Shown: positions 1 to 13,877, numbered from the stretch's first letter. The stretch: 64,000 bases of DNA from the human T2T-CHM13v2.0 reference genome, Homo sapiens (GCF_009914755.1 NC_060926.1); one strand, 5' to 3'. Program-made: numbers and translations. Notes: generated by a model not told the origin, from the sequence alone.

Positions 1-167
1 AGCTTCTGCTGATCAAATTTAGCAAACATATTTTTGCATGTTTAGTCTTTTTTATGTGGTATGTAATGTTAATTCAATTTCTTGAATGTGATAAGAGCAT
101 TTTATTAATGGATGACTAATGCAGATTACTGTAACTAGTAATCCACAGCAAAATATTGTACCTAATA

Positions 168-474
168 ATTTCTCTTTCTTTTTTTTCTTTTTTTCTTGAG
201 AAAAGGTCACACTCTGTCATCCAGGCTGGAGTACAGTGGTGTGATCATGGCTTATGCAGTCTCCACCTCTCAGGCTCAAGGAATCCTCCCACCCCAGCCT
301 CCCGAGTGTCTGGGACTACAGGCACGTGCCACCATCCCAGCTAATTTTTAAAATTGTAGAGATGGGGTCCCACTATGTTGCCCAGGTTGGTCTCAAACTC
401 CTGGGCTCATGACATCCTCCTGCCTCAGCCTCCCAAAATGCTGGGACTACAGGTGTAAGCTGCTGCACCCAGCC
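168..474 (-). mobile_element. Alu (AluJ-like)
   Basis: Antisense dimer with J-type features (GGCTCAAG, ATCCTCCC); T-rich tail. Confidence 0.92.
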
Positions 475-524
475 TAATTTCTTTCATATTATAGATTTAT
501 TTGTTACCTCTTCCATGTGCCTGA

Positions 525-880
<356 letters not shown>

Positions 881-1412
881 CCTTATTTGTAGCTTTTTAA
901 AAAATGACTCTCAACCCCATTCAAAAAAGAAAAAAAAATTTATTTGGCCCTAAAACTTGGTCAGTTATATATAAAAAAATTAAAGAAATAGAATATTAAA
1001 TACCTATAAAATAATTTGACAAGATGAGTTACCATAATGGAAAATGTCAGAATTTATTTTCCTTTTCCTTCTTCTTCTTTACATTGCTTTTCTTTCTCCT
1101 TTTTTGGGGGGGGATGGAGAGTGTGTGTTATTTGCTCATTTGTTTTTATTTTTAACCAACTAAATATTTAAAATATAGTAAATTATCCATGTTTAAATTA
1201 ATTTAAATATTTGCCAACTTTACCAATAGATATTTAAACTTGCCCTTTTCCTCTAAAGTGACAGTGGTAGGCTTTGCTCAATGCAAATGAGAGTAATAAT
1301 TCATATCAAAGGAGTTAAATTCAAGTGACCAAAGAAAATTGTTCTTTTAACATTGCTTAAGGAAAGCATAACTTAAATTGATGCCATAATTTTTCATTAT
1401 CAGCAACTCTTA

Positions 1413-1761
<349 letters not shown>

Positions 1762-1944
1762 TCAACTTAAATAGCCTAGTGCCCTTCTTTAAACCTAATT
1801 TTCCTATCGCTACCCCCACTTGTTTTTTAAAATTATAAGTCAACAAATATTTATTATGCCCTTATTATGTAGATGATAAACATCAAAAGCTTTTGAAATG
1901 TGCATTTCTTTGAACCTGTAATTTTTTGTTTTTTTTTAACTTTA

Positions 1945-2320
1945 AAAAAATTGTGGTAAAAGATATCTAATATCAAATTTACCATTTTAACCGTTTTCAA
2001 ATTACAGCTCAGTGGCATTAAGTACATTCACTTTGTTATGCAACCATCAGCACTGTTCATGTCCAGAACTTTTTCATCATCCCACACAAAAACTATACCC
2101 ATTAAACAATGACTCTACCCTCTCTTCCCAGCCCTAGTAACCACCATCCTACTTTCTGTCTCCACGAATTTGACATTCTGAGTACCTCATACAAGTGGAA
2201 TCATAGAGTATTTGTCTTTTTCAGTCTGGCTTATTCATGTGCCATAATGTCTTCAAGTTTCATCCATGTTGTAGCATGTGTCAGAATTTCCTTTCTTTTT
2301 AAGGCTGAATAATATTTCCC
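1945..2320 (-). mobile_element. L1MB-type 3' end fragment
   Basis: Typical antisense L1M 3'UTR text (GGCATTAAGTACATTCAC...AAGTGGAATCATA...TTCATCCATGTTGTAGC). Confidence 0.8.
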
Positions 2321-2354
2321 AATCTCATTTATATGAGAAGTAGATATAAAAAAC

Positions 2355-2566
2355 AGAGAAGTTTTGAACTGGAACAGATCATAGAAATCATCCAATCCAA
2401 CCTCTCTGCCCCTGCTTTTCTTTTCCTTTTTTATGTTTACAAAATGGGGAAAACAAGTCCTTCAGAGCTTACATCATGTGGCCGAGTTTATATACCTGAT
2501 TGGCAAAGCAGAGCCTAAGAACCAGCTCTCCTGTATCCCAAGCAAGGCTCTTTCTACCGCACACCC
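2355..2566 (-). mobile_element. MIR (MIR3/MIRc-like)
   Basis: GAACTGGAACAGATCATAGAAATCATCCAATCCAAC...TTTACAAAATGGGGAAAAC...GCAGAGCC...GCTCTTTCTAC resembles the antisense MIR core. Confidence 0.7.
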
Positions 2567-2601
2567 TGCAGGCCCATCCAGGCCCATCCAGACAATAAAC
2601 A
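2458..2601 (+). other. INPP1: Probable INPP1 non-coding 5'UTR exon (144 nt) exonised from an antisense MIR
   Basis: Pyrimidine tract 2401-2432, first downstream AG at 2456-2457, donor ACA|GTAAGT at 2601/2602; size agrees with my recollection of the INPP1 leader but cannot be verified here. Confidence 0.65.
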
Positions 2602-2725
2602 GTAAGTGTTAAAGGAGTTGGTGTCTCCAATTAGTATGGCATGAGTTCTAAAGGAAAGATAAATTGACTTTGGAATCTTCCTTAATTAATGAAAAATGTT
2701 ACATTCAAAATAGATTGAAGATTAA

Positions 2726-3044
<319 letters not shown>

Positions 3045-3383
3045 TTAGCAGTGATCAAAATTATAAATAATATTCTATTGGAAAATATTCTTGCTTCAAA
3101 CCATACATCTGACCCTTTTTTCTGCCTTGAATTTTGCATCAAATTTGTATTTTTAAAAAATTTATTCTTTCTGATAGTTAAGATAGTTACATTGCATCTG
3201 CTTCTATTTGTATACTATCTGATTTCAGGTTTCATTTGTGGCAACAGGGTTCTAAAAACATCTCTTAGCATACAAAAACTTAAGCATATACTGTAGTTGG
3301 AACACAGCAGATAAAAAAAATATCTAAATGAACAAAGTTTCTCTTTAGTGAAAATATTTCCAACTATGGAAAAGGGAGTTTAA

Positions 3384-3935
<552 letters not shown>

Positions 3936-4899
3936 TGAGTGTAGAGCTGACTGTTGCACCTGTTGTTTCCTTAAATTGTTGGATAAAAATCAGCTGACAT
4001 TCCCCTTTCTAAAAGTCTCTATTTTTAATGTGTCTTACTTCTTGATCTTAGCTGATTTGGAAAACACAGCTTTAGCACAGGCTTCCATATACAAGCTATC
4101 AGAACAGCATTTGAGAACAAGGGACATCTTTGTAGCCTATTGCTTTGAGCAGCTTCAGTGAGCAAAAATGTAGGCTAATGTGGTCCATTGGTACACTTGC
4201 TCACAATAGAGCAAGTGTAGACTGACCAGCTTAGAGTAATGTGTATGTCATCATCATTTGAGATGGAATTGAAGTTTGAAGGTTAGGGAGGAAAGAGAGA
4301 GAAATGTTAGGGTTAAATAAAAGATTCACATATACCATATTTAATATCTTTTCTCACAAAACCAAATTAAACTCACTATTTTGAGTGATTTAATTAAATT
4401 AATCTTGTCACAGATAGGTCACCTCTAGATGAAAGGGGATAATTTTAGATTCTGATTTGGTGCTCCAAAAATGTGGTTCAGTTGCTAGTTATTCAGATAC
4501 AGCCTTGGTTTGTTCTTGTAAATGAATACAGAATATATGTAGACTTTTATACAAATATGGGCCTGTATGTCTAATGCTGATAAAATCCAAGTACAATAAA
4601 CAGTGTGACAAGGATGAATTCTGTATTCACAAAGCTAAGGGAAAATTCATCAGCCAACATTTATTGAACACCTCTGAGTTATGCAGTACGAGTCCTAAGA
4701 CAGCAAATGCATTTAAATCTCTTGTTAGAGCATAAACAAGTAAACCAATGCATAGAGTGTTGGAAAGCTGGGATAGAGATTTGGCCCATCTCCATTCCCC
4801 CATGGCCCAGGTGCCTAAGATGGAGGAGGAGTCAGAAATGTCTCCTGAAGGAGCCAACAGTTGAAATGATTCTCCTTTTGCACATACATTTTTAAAAAA

Positions 4900-5700
4900 C
4901 AAACCTTTTTAGTGAATTAGAAATATACACATAAACATTAGGAATCTCAGCAGATAGCTAATAAATTGATACAAAGTCAACCCACTCGTGTAACCATCAC
5001 TCATATCCAGAACATTACCAGAGCTGCCATCAGTAACCCCACCTTCTTCTCCAAGGACACCACCATTGTGACTTCCAACGTTGCTATAGGTTGGTTTTGC
5101 CTGTTTTTGAACTTTAAATTGATTAAATGGCACAGCATATATCTTTTGTGCCTGACCTCTTTCACTTGACAGCATGTTTTTGTGAGATGCATCCATGTTG
5201 TTGCCTATTGTCGCAATTCATTCATTTTCTCTGCTGTATAGCATTTCATTACATGAATATGCTGCAGTTTATTCCATTTTACTATTGATGCTTGTTTGGG
5301 TTATTACCAATGTTAGATTATTACAAATAATGCTGCTCACAAGTACGTGTCTTTTAATCCATACCTGCATGAGTTTTGTTGGGTAAATATCTACAAGGGA
5401 AATTAAATTGCTGGATCATAGATTATACTTATAGTCAACAAATTACAAATAGTTTTCCAAAATGATTATACCAATTTCATTCATGCCCGCAGTTCATAAG
5501 AGTTTCTGTTGCTCCATACCCTTAGCAAAACTTGAAATTTTCAGTCTTTTTTATTTTAGCTATTCCATTGGATACATAGTGGCACCCTGTTGAGATTTTA
5601 AGTTGCATCTTCCTGATGACTAATATGGTAGACTGTGTTTCTGTATGTTTATTGGCCATTTGGATATCCTCCTGTATGAAGTGCCTATTCAAGCTTCTTG
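4900..5700 (-). mobile_element. Old L1M (L1ME/MB) 3' fragment
   Basis: Degenerate antisense L1 ORF2 end and 3'UTR; the minus-strand ORF remnant LNRHFIQEDIQMANKH is L1 ORF2-like. Confidence 0.8.
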
Positions 5701-7129
5701 CCCTTGAACTGATTCTGAGAAGGTGAGTGAGCATTAGGTCGAGAAAGCAGGAAGAAGGGCGTGTCAACCAGAGGGAGCAGCATGTGCAAATTTACAATCT
5801 TCCCAGAGCAGGAGAGCAAATGGATAGTGCAAAATCAGCTACTAAAAGGCTAAACTTAATCAGAGCCCATGAGGTAATGACAGCAACATCACCCGGATCA
5901 ACATGAAATAAGACCCAGGAAGTACAGGCAGTCCCAAACTGTAATATTTATTGGATCCTGAGAAATGTTTGACAGTCAAATATCTGAAAGTTGAACATGG
6001 CTTATACACTGGGAAAACAATTTAGTTTTCAATGAGCTAAAAGGCAGTATTGCAAATCTCTAGTAAGGCTTGTAGTACAGTTTCCCTCTGGCCTCACAGG
6101 AGTCTCAGGGGAGGCTACCATTAGCAAGTGACACAACACAGCGAGCCCCCCCTCCATATTTAGTGTGGGCCCACTTCCATTCCCCTGTCCCTTCTGCACA
6201 AACAACCTCCAATCTTTAAAACTACTCCCCAAGGCAGCCCTTGAGTATGGAGCAAAGGAGAGGTGGGACGAAGTCTATGTTTCCCCTACAACAGCAATGT
6301 GATCTGAATAGAACCTTGGCCACTGCCATCATGTGGCCACCTACACAGACTCCTGGACAGCTGTACCCCCTTGGAAAAGGTCATGAGAAACACCTTCTTG
6401 TAAAACACCCAGATATTTCACGGAAGCTTGGCCTTTTCCACTAGCAGCAATAGCTGTCAGGCAGGCCCACCACGCAATAGCTTCAAATTGCCATTCCTCA
6501 GAAGATGAGAGCCAGAATTCAGGATGTGAACCGTGGGGGTGGGGTGGAGTCAATGCGCAATGGGCAAAAATGTGTACTCTGTAAAGTGTTGAATTATCTG
6601 CCGGAAGAGGGAAATGTCAACAGAAGTGCTTTGACCCGCTTGCCTATTGATTAGAGAGCAGTTCTGTTTTGTGGCAGGCCCTTATCTATGTCATCACCCT
6701 TCTGTCACTGTGGACAACAAAAGGGCACAGCCAGCTTCTGCTACAACCAGGCTCTTCACATGAGAAGGAGCACTCTGGGCCCTAGAATCCTCACAAAATA
6801 TCTCCCTTGACAGAAAAATGGCTCTCCCAAGCCAGTCATAGACTGTCTACCATGAAGCCAGAGTAGTCTCAGCCTCTAGGAGCCAGGGTTTCCACCCAGA
6901 TGCCCAGAAACTGAAGCAATCAGATCTGGCCGACAAAAAGGAACTTTATTTGGGTTACTCAGAGAATTGCAAGTAGTTCCCAGGCTTTGGATTTAATGGA
7001 GTAGTAAGTTTTAAGAAAAGGTTTCAGTGACCCATATAAACTTGCCAACCTCTTACTTTCTCAAGTTAAGACATGTGACTGTGGTTTCTGTGAGGTTGTA
7101 TTTCAGAGTCATAGCTATCATTTATTATC

Positions 7130-7350
7130 TGCCATGTGTAAAGCTCTGTGCTCTGTGATATTTTTCCAGAAATATCTCATTTGATCTTCACAACATCACT
7201 GCAAGGTAACTATTAATCTTTATATTAAAGGTAAAGAGAGAGTCTCAGAGAGGGTAAGAAAATACCTGATGCCACACAGCTAGTTAGTAGCAGAGTTATG
7301 TTTTGAACCCAGGCCTTTCTGATTCAAAAGCCTGTGTATTTTCCACTATA
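7130..7350 (-). mobile_element. MIR
   Basis: CTCAGAGAGGGTAAG...CCACACAGCTAGTTAGTAGCAGAG...GAACCCAGG core. Confidence 0.75.
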
Positions 7351-7931
7351 TAGTTTATCCCATCTGAAATATGTCTAAATTATTCAGATAGGATTTTTAA
7401 ACCTCTGATGTTCTGATAATGGCTGGAAATTTGAGATTTATCTTTGTGGAGAGGTTTGGGTTTCCAAGAAAAGTCTTAAGAACCTTTTTTCCTTCTGACA
7501 TACTTCAATTCCTTTAGTAGCTCTCCAACTGGACTAGACAATCCTACAAAAGCAAAAGAGACCCTAATTCTATCTGACATTGTGACACAATTTTATGTTA
7601 AACATATAGATACGTACATTTGGTTTGAGATGGAAGGAATGAAACTTCTTTAAGCCCATTTTGCTGAAATGTGACTTGAAATAGATTGTTACAAAACAAG
7701 GCTTATGAGAGGTTCAGTGCTCACTGCAATATTAATTACTTGGCTGTTAAAGCGAATAGCTCTTAGTGGGAACGACTGCCTCACAGATGTTTCTTATTGA
7801 CGACATAAATGGGGAGGAAAACACTATCCCATTTTCACTTTTGGCCAGAAAACAAAAGACAAAGGAATAGATTGTGTCAGCTAATAGATTGGGTCGCTAA
7901 GGTAACCACGGCCTGTCTTTCAGGAGAGGTT

Positions 7932-8286
7932 TTAGGGGCTAAATTATGTTACTTCAAAATTCACATGTTGAAGCCCCAACCCCCAGTACCTCAGAATGGG
8001 ACTGTACTTGCAGATAGGACCTTTAAAGTTTATGTGAGGTCATACAGGCGGATCCTTATCCAGTCTGACTGGCGTCCTTGTAAGAAAAGGGAGACATGCC
8101 AGAGATTAACGCCCACGATGGAAAGGCCAGGTGAGGCCACAATGAGAGGGGCCGTCTGTGAGCCAAGGAGCAAAGCCTCAGGAGAAACCAGTCCTGCTGA
8201 CACCTTGCTCTTGGACTTCCAGTCCCCAGAACTGTGAGAAAGTGCGATTTTATTGTTAAGCTACCCAGTCTTAACAAACTAACACC
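7932..8286 (+). mobile_element. MaLR LTR (MLT1A/B-like)
   Basis: AAAATTCACATGTTGAAGCCCCAACCCCCAGTACCTCAGAATG...GACTTCCAGTCCCCAGAACTGTGAGAAA. Confidence 0.85.
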
Positions 8287-8495
8287 AGAAGAATTAGGTA
8301 TTGGGCATGCCCCCTGCCATCAATGCCATGACAGTTAAGGGAGACATCAGTGGAACTTAATAGATGAGCTTTTACTACCCAGAAGGGTCCTTAACAGAGG
8401 CTGAAGATCAGCTGGAGAAAAGGTTTTTCTGAGAGTAAAAGGGAAGTCAAATAGTGACGTATAATGATCAAACCTAGTGACAGATATCAACTAGG

Positions 8496-8517
8496 GGTGT
8501 GTGTGTGTGTGTGTGTG
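8496..8517. repeat. (GT)n microsatellite followed by poly-T
   Basis: Direct reading. Confidence 0.9.
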
Positions 8518-8634
8518 CATTTTTTTTTTTTTTGCTATATAATGTACCTTATAATACTAATGTACTTATGATTATTATCCAACAATTACTGATTTTCCCT
8601 TATTTTAATAGTTAACAATTGATGAAAAGATTTC

Positions 8635-8880
8635 ACTGGCTAGAGTACTGGTCAACAGTGGGGGCTTCTGCCAGCTTGCCTAGGTTTGAATCTTGTCCCA
8701 CAACTTCCTAGCTCTGTGATTTTCAGTAAACAATCTCCTTGTGCCTCAGGTTCTTCATCTGTAAAATGGAGATAATAGTACCTACTTCCTAAGGTTATAT
8801 AAGAATTAAATGAGTTAATACATGTAAGGTGCCTAGAAGGATGCCTGGCATATAGTAAGCACCTAGTAAATGTTAGCTGT
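8635..8880 (+). mobile_element. MIR
   Basis: GTGCCTCAGGTTCTTCATCTGTAAAATGGAGATAATAGTACCTAC...AAATGAGTTAATACATGTAA. Confidence 0.88.
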
Positions 8881-9039
8881 TTCAATTTTAACCTATCTCT
8901 GCACAAGAATAACAGATAGCAAAACCATTGTACCTACATTGTTTCACCAAGATACCTGCCAGCAGGTGCCAGCTGCCACTAAAATTGCCAGCATAGAGGT
9001 AAAGAAAAATAAGCAACCTGGAGAACTGGAGCTATTAAA

Positions 9040-9210
9040 TCTGTGTTTAGAGTTATACAGGTTGCTGACAAAAATACAGATTCCTAGGGCTTGTCTCCAG
9101 AGATTCTGATTCACTAAGCTGGGGTAGAGTCCAGCAATCTGTTTTTTTAGAAGGCCATCTTGGGTAATTCTGATACAGGTAACTCTCAGAACATCCATTG
9201 AGAAATACTA
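9040..9210. mobile_element. MER5-like hAT-Charlie MITE
   Basis: AAAATACAGATTCCTAGGGC...CAGAGATTCTGATTCACTAAGCTGGGGTAGAG. Confidence 0.7.
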
Positions 9211-9372
9211 ATCAAAAGGAATTTCTTCTATAGTCAAGGCTATTAAATTATGGTAAATGCCATAACTTACTAATCATAAGTCTATAATAATTTTTATTTA
9301 AAGTACAGTGTTGAAATAAAGTGGTCTTAGGTGAATGATGAGTATGTAAACTTACTTTTTAAAAAATCATCT

Positions 9373-9520
9373 ACTTCATCACGCAGTTATCAAGCCTAGT
9401 ACCCATTAGTGATGAAAGAATCTGTACAACAAACCCCATGACATGGGTTTAGCTATATAACAAACCTGCACATGTAACCCTGAACTTAGAATAAAAGTTG
9501 AAAAAATAAATAAATTAATT
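9373..9520 (+). mobile_element. Tiny 5'-inverted L1PA 3' end
   Basis: L1PA terminal sequence with AATAAA and A-tail; 14-bp TSD TTAAAAAATCATCT at 9359-9372 and 9519-9532. Confidence 0.85.
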
Positions 9521-10859
9521 AAAAAATCATCTGAAAGATAATTTCCATGAGTTTTAATAAATGTATTGATAAAATGGAAGAATAAATTCTGCATTAGATG
9601 TAGCCTTCAGTTTCTCCATAGACAAATTATTTCAAGTTGAGCCATTCAAGGTTAGGATGAATTGTGCAATGCTTCCTTCAGGTTTGTGGCCTGCCTGTGT
9701 GAACTGAGTTGAGGATACATGGAGAGCCAGGGCCTTGGAGAAAGGGAAGTAGCTGAACAAATGCTGGGCTCATTAGCATGGCTGGTGAAAGTGGTTTCAA
9801 TCTGAAACTGGGCAGTTCAACCTGGAACTTGACAAAATATGACAGTGTTGCCTAGGGCCAAAACGAAGAGTGAACTCTGGGATAACCTTGGAACTGAAAA
9901 ACCTGATTATTGTGTTATGAGAAATTCCTAAAATCGGTAGACCTGTTCATTACAGGGCTGCAGTGAATAGCCAGTACTTCTTTCCCATTGGTCAAGTTGC
10001 TGTGCTCGCTAAGCAGCAACTGCTCAGGTCAGGTGAGAGTGGTCATTATTGAGGAAATAAAGGTTGGGCCCAAAGAGGACAAATTCCAGATTACTGCAGC
10101 ATTTGTGCTGAAACTCACCAGGGTTAAATTGATGAGCTTTCTGCGTGAAAGAAGGGAGTGGTGGTGATTTCCGGAGCTTGTAGCCAGGGTGATTAGCTCG
10201 CCTGAGTGTTATTAGGGTGTTATAAGGAGTGTTTCTTGGTTATTCAACAGTGTAGTTAGTATCGTTTCTTTTAAGAAAAAAAATTGATTTTAACACTTGA
10301 ATAAAAGAAACACTGCTGATATTGTTTATCTTGAAAGCTTTCAAATCGGACTCCTTGAGATCTTCACGCTACTGTTAAGGTAAAGAGGTATTTTGATACT
10401 GTTGATTCATTGATTCTTCTGCCTTATAACCACAGAACATTTACTAAGAAATAAAAATTAAGGTTACTGAATGTATACTTTTGTGGCCATGTATTATACT
10501 GAGATATGTATGCATATCTGTGATTGTATATTATACTTAAGTTATAATTTGTGGTATATATATGTCATATATGCCATCAATTATTTCTAAGGCAACGTGC
10601 CGCAGCTTTATTAACGCAGCTGTTTTTCCTAATGTTTAGATTCAAGTCAACTAAAGTAAATCTTCCTACATAGCATTCATTCCTGAAATAAAAGGCATTT
10701 AAGTAGGCAGGTGCTTTTGTTTGAGTTTTCACTAGATCTTTTCTATCACCTGAAAGCTTTTTGCATTATTACCGCAGTCTCATTTTATTTAGACATTTGC
10801 CTCGAGGGGCTGAGACATTCTTATACCTTCATACTTAATTCCCCAAGACATTTAAAAAT

Positions 10860-11500
10860 GTAATTTATTATTATAAAAGCACTGTATATTTCCTGTAGAG
10901 TATTTGAAAATTATAGAAAAGCATAATAAAAAATCATCCATAATTCCATTACTCAGTTATAACTACCATTAAAACATCACCTACTAATCTTCCTTTCAAG
11001 CTCTTTCTCTCTGTGTATGTGTATAAACACAAATGGATAACATACTCTCAAATTATATATGGTCATAGGTAGTTTTTCCACTTAACATTAGTGCATTGAC
11101 ATATTTCCATATTATTAAATATTCTTCAAAAACATGATTTTACCAACTGTATAGTATTTTGTTTTACCAATATTTCAGATTATTTTCAACTTGTTGTAAT
11201 ATTAATCCTCCTTGTGCAGAAATATTTTAACTCAACTCTGATTGCCTTAACACAGATTGAGGGAAAACTGGAGTTACTGACTAAAGGCAGTGACATCTGC
11301 AGGGATCTTGACACATTTTTGTCAAATTGCCCTCTGGAAACCTAACTTGTTTGCGTGCCCATTAGCAGAGCATCTGTTTCACCACATCTCCAAGAGGGAA
11401 TGTAAACTTTAAAACATATACAATAGTCAAAGAGGATGTCTCGTTGCTTGTATGCCCTTTTCTTTTATTACTACTGAGACTAGACATATTTTCTCATAGT
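10860..11500 (-). mobile_element. Degenerate old L1M fragment
   Basis: Weak antisense L1 3' similarity. Confidence 0.5.
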
Positions 11501-11644
11501 GGTTGACCTATAATCTTAAGGAGAGAACATATTTTTTAGCAAAATTGTTTAAGATCAACTATTACAAATTACATCTTACTCCCATTGCATCTATGTCTTC
11601 AGAGTTGTACTAATTCTCAGCCTCCCAGAGTCCATTAAGGGAAT

Positions 11645-12088
11645 TTTTTTTTTTTTTTTTTTTTTTTTGAGACAGAGTCTTGCTCTGTCACCCAGGCTGG
11701 AGTGCAGTGGCGTAATCTCGGCTCACTGCAACCTCCGCCTCCCAGGTTCAAGTGATTCTGTTCCTCAGTCTCCCGAGTAGCTGAGACTACAGGCGTGGAG
11801 CACCACGTCTGGCTAATTTTTGTATTTTTTTTTAGTAGAGATTCACCATGTTGGCCAGGCTGGTTTTGAACTCCTGACCTCAGGTGATCCATGCGCCTTG
11901 GCCTCCCAAAGTGCTGGGATTACAGGCATGAGCCACTGCGCCCAGTCCCGGCTAATTTTTATATTTTTAGTAGAGATGGGGTTTCACCATGTTAGCCAGG
12001 CTGGTCCTGAACTCCTGACCTCAAGTGATCCGCCTGCCTCGGCCTTCCAAAATGCTGGGATTACAGGCGTGAGCCACCATACCTGGCC
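11645..12088 (-). mobile_element. Alu trimer (AluS dimer plus extra left monomer) inside one TSD
   Basis: TSD ATTAAGGGAATTT on both sides; left arm present twice. Confidence 0.9.
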
Positions 12089-12588
12089 TATTAAGGGAAT
12101 TTCTTTTAATGAAGGAAACTGTATTATGATAATAAATAGCCTGGGCTTGTGTGCAGGAGCAATGCCAAGCCTTGCAGTTTAGCCTTCTGTAACCCTGAAG
12201 AAGTTACTTAACCTTGCTATACTTCAGCTTAACTATAAAACAGGGTTGATAATACAATAATTCTCATGAGATAGGAATTTTTCAAGCTTTTCCAGTAAGA
12301 GGTAGCTATTATTAAAAATGAGAACTGTTTCTCTCCTAATTGCAGGAAAGCCCCAACAGATATAATCAAGGTATGATAGCATAACACTCTTAGAAGCCAG
12401 AACTTTTCAAGTCTCAACAAGTTGCATGTTTCACCTCATTATTCAACCGTTTACTGGGTAAAGGAGCAGCATAGATAGTGGGACTTTTTTTTAACGGGGT
12501 GTGAGGAAGTTGGCAATGAGATGGCTTGTGCTACTAGCCTAAGAATGACCTCAGGGCCTTGCAGGACACACAGTGCTTGCTGGTCTGA

Positions 12589-12890
12589 GGCTGGGCGCAG
12601 TGGCTCACACCTGTAGTCCCAGCACTTTGGGAGGCCGAGGTAGGAGGATCACTTGAGCGCAAGAGTTTGAGATTAGCCTGGTCAACATGGTAAAACTCCA
12701 TCTCCACAAAAAATACAAAAATTAGCCTGGCGTGGTGGCATGCATCTGTAGTCCCAGCTACTCAGGAGGCTGAGGTGGGAAAATGACTTGAGCCCAGGAG
12801 GTCAAGGCTGCAATGAGCTGTGTTCACACCACTGCACTCCAGCCTGGGTGACAGAGTGAGACCCTGTCTCAAAAACAAAAACAGCAAAAA
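12589..12890 (+). mobile_element. Alu (AluJ-like)
   Basis: Full dimer, J diagnostics (GAGCCCAGGAGGTCAAGGCTGCA). Confidence 0.93.
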
Positions 12891-12922
12891 AGGTGCTAGC
12901 TGGTCTGGTACTTAGTACTTTA

Positions 12923-13186
<264 letters not shown>

Positions 13187-13673
13187 TCATCCATTTCTTC
13201 TCCCTTCTTCCCACAGGGTGAAAGAAAGCACTACTTCAATATTGCTGCTAAGCATATGATCATTCTAAGGTCATTACAAGAATTTGACTTGCCTTTAGCA
13301 TTGTGCTTGTGTGTCCATCTGCCTGTCTCTCTAGGGATTTAGATTTTCATTCAAAGATTTTTCTGTCACTGAGAATTTAATTCTTGGTATATTTTTGAGA
13401 GTGTAAATTTTTTTTCAAGATTTAAAACAATAAGCTTCAAATGTTAGATTGTATCTAGAGTCTTCCACACTGAGGATGTGAATATGATATAGACTAGCTG
13501 TTCACCAGGCTGACCAGGTTGACTGCCAAATGGGTTGTTAGTAGTGCCAGAGGCACCCTGACATCACTCTCTGAACTGCTTTCTCTTTCACATTCTTGTA
13601 TTTTTCCAGCTGACGGCCCAGAGGGTGGGTGCCAATTCCACCAGCAGCTGCAACTGAAAAGCAAGGTTCAGAA

Positions 13674-13877
13674 ATGTCAGATATCCTCCGGGAGCTGCTC
13701 TGTGTCTCTGAGAAGGCTGCTAACATTGCCCGGGCGTGCAGACAGCAGGAAGCCCTCTTCCAGCTGCTGATCGAAGAAAAGAAAGAGGGAGAAAAGAACA
13801 AGAAGTTTGCAGTTGACTTCAAGACGCTGGCTGATGTACTGGTACAGGAAGTTATAAAACAGAATATGGAGAACAAG
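13674..13877 (+). CDS. INPP1: INPP1 first coding exon (aa 1-68); exon starts at 13610 with 64 nt of 5'UTR
   Basis: Acceptor TTTTTCCAG|C at 13609/13610; ATG 13674 (GAAATGT); MSDILRELLCVSEKAANIARACRQQEALFQLL...KTLADVLVQ...NMENK recognised as the INPP1 N-terminus with metal ligand D54; donor AAG|GTAAGA at 13877/13878, phase 0. Confidence 0.98.

Noticed and set aside
7809-8237. 142-aa ATG ORF
   Set aside because: Lies mostly within a MaLR LTR; no coding homology recognised
13629-13673. In-frame GTG giving a 15-aa N-terminal extension of INPP1
   Set aside because: Weak context (T at -3, C at +4); no supporting evidence in the sequence
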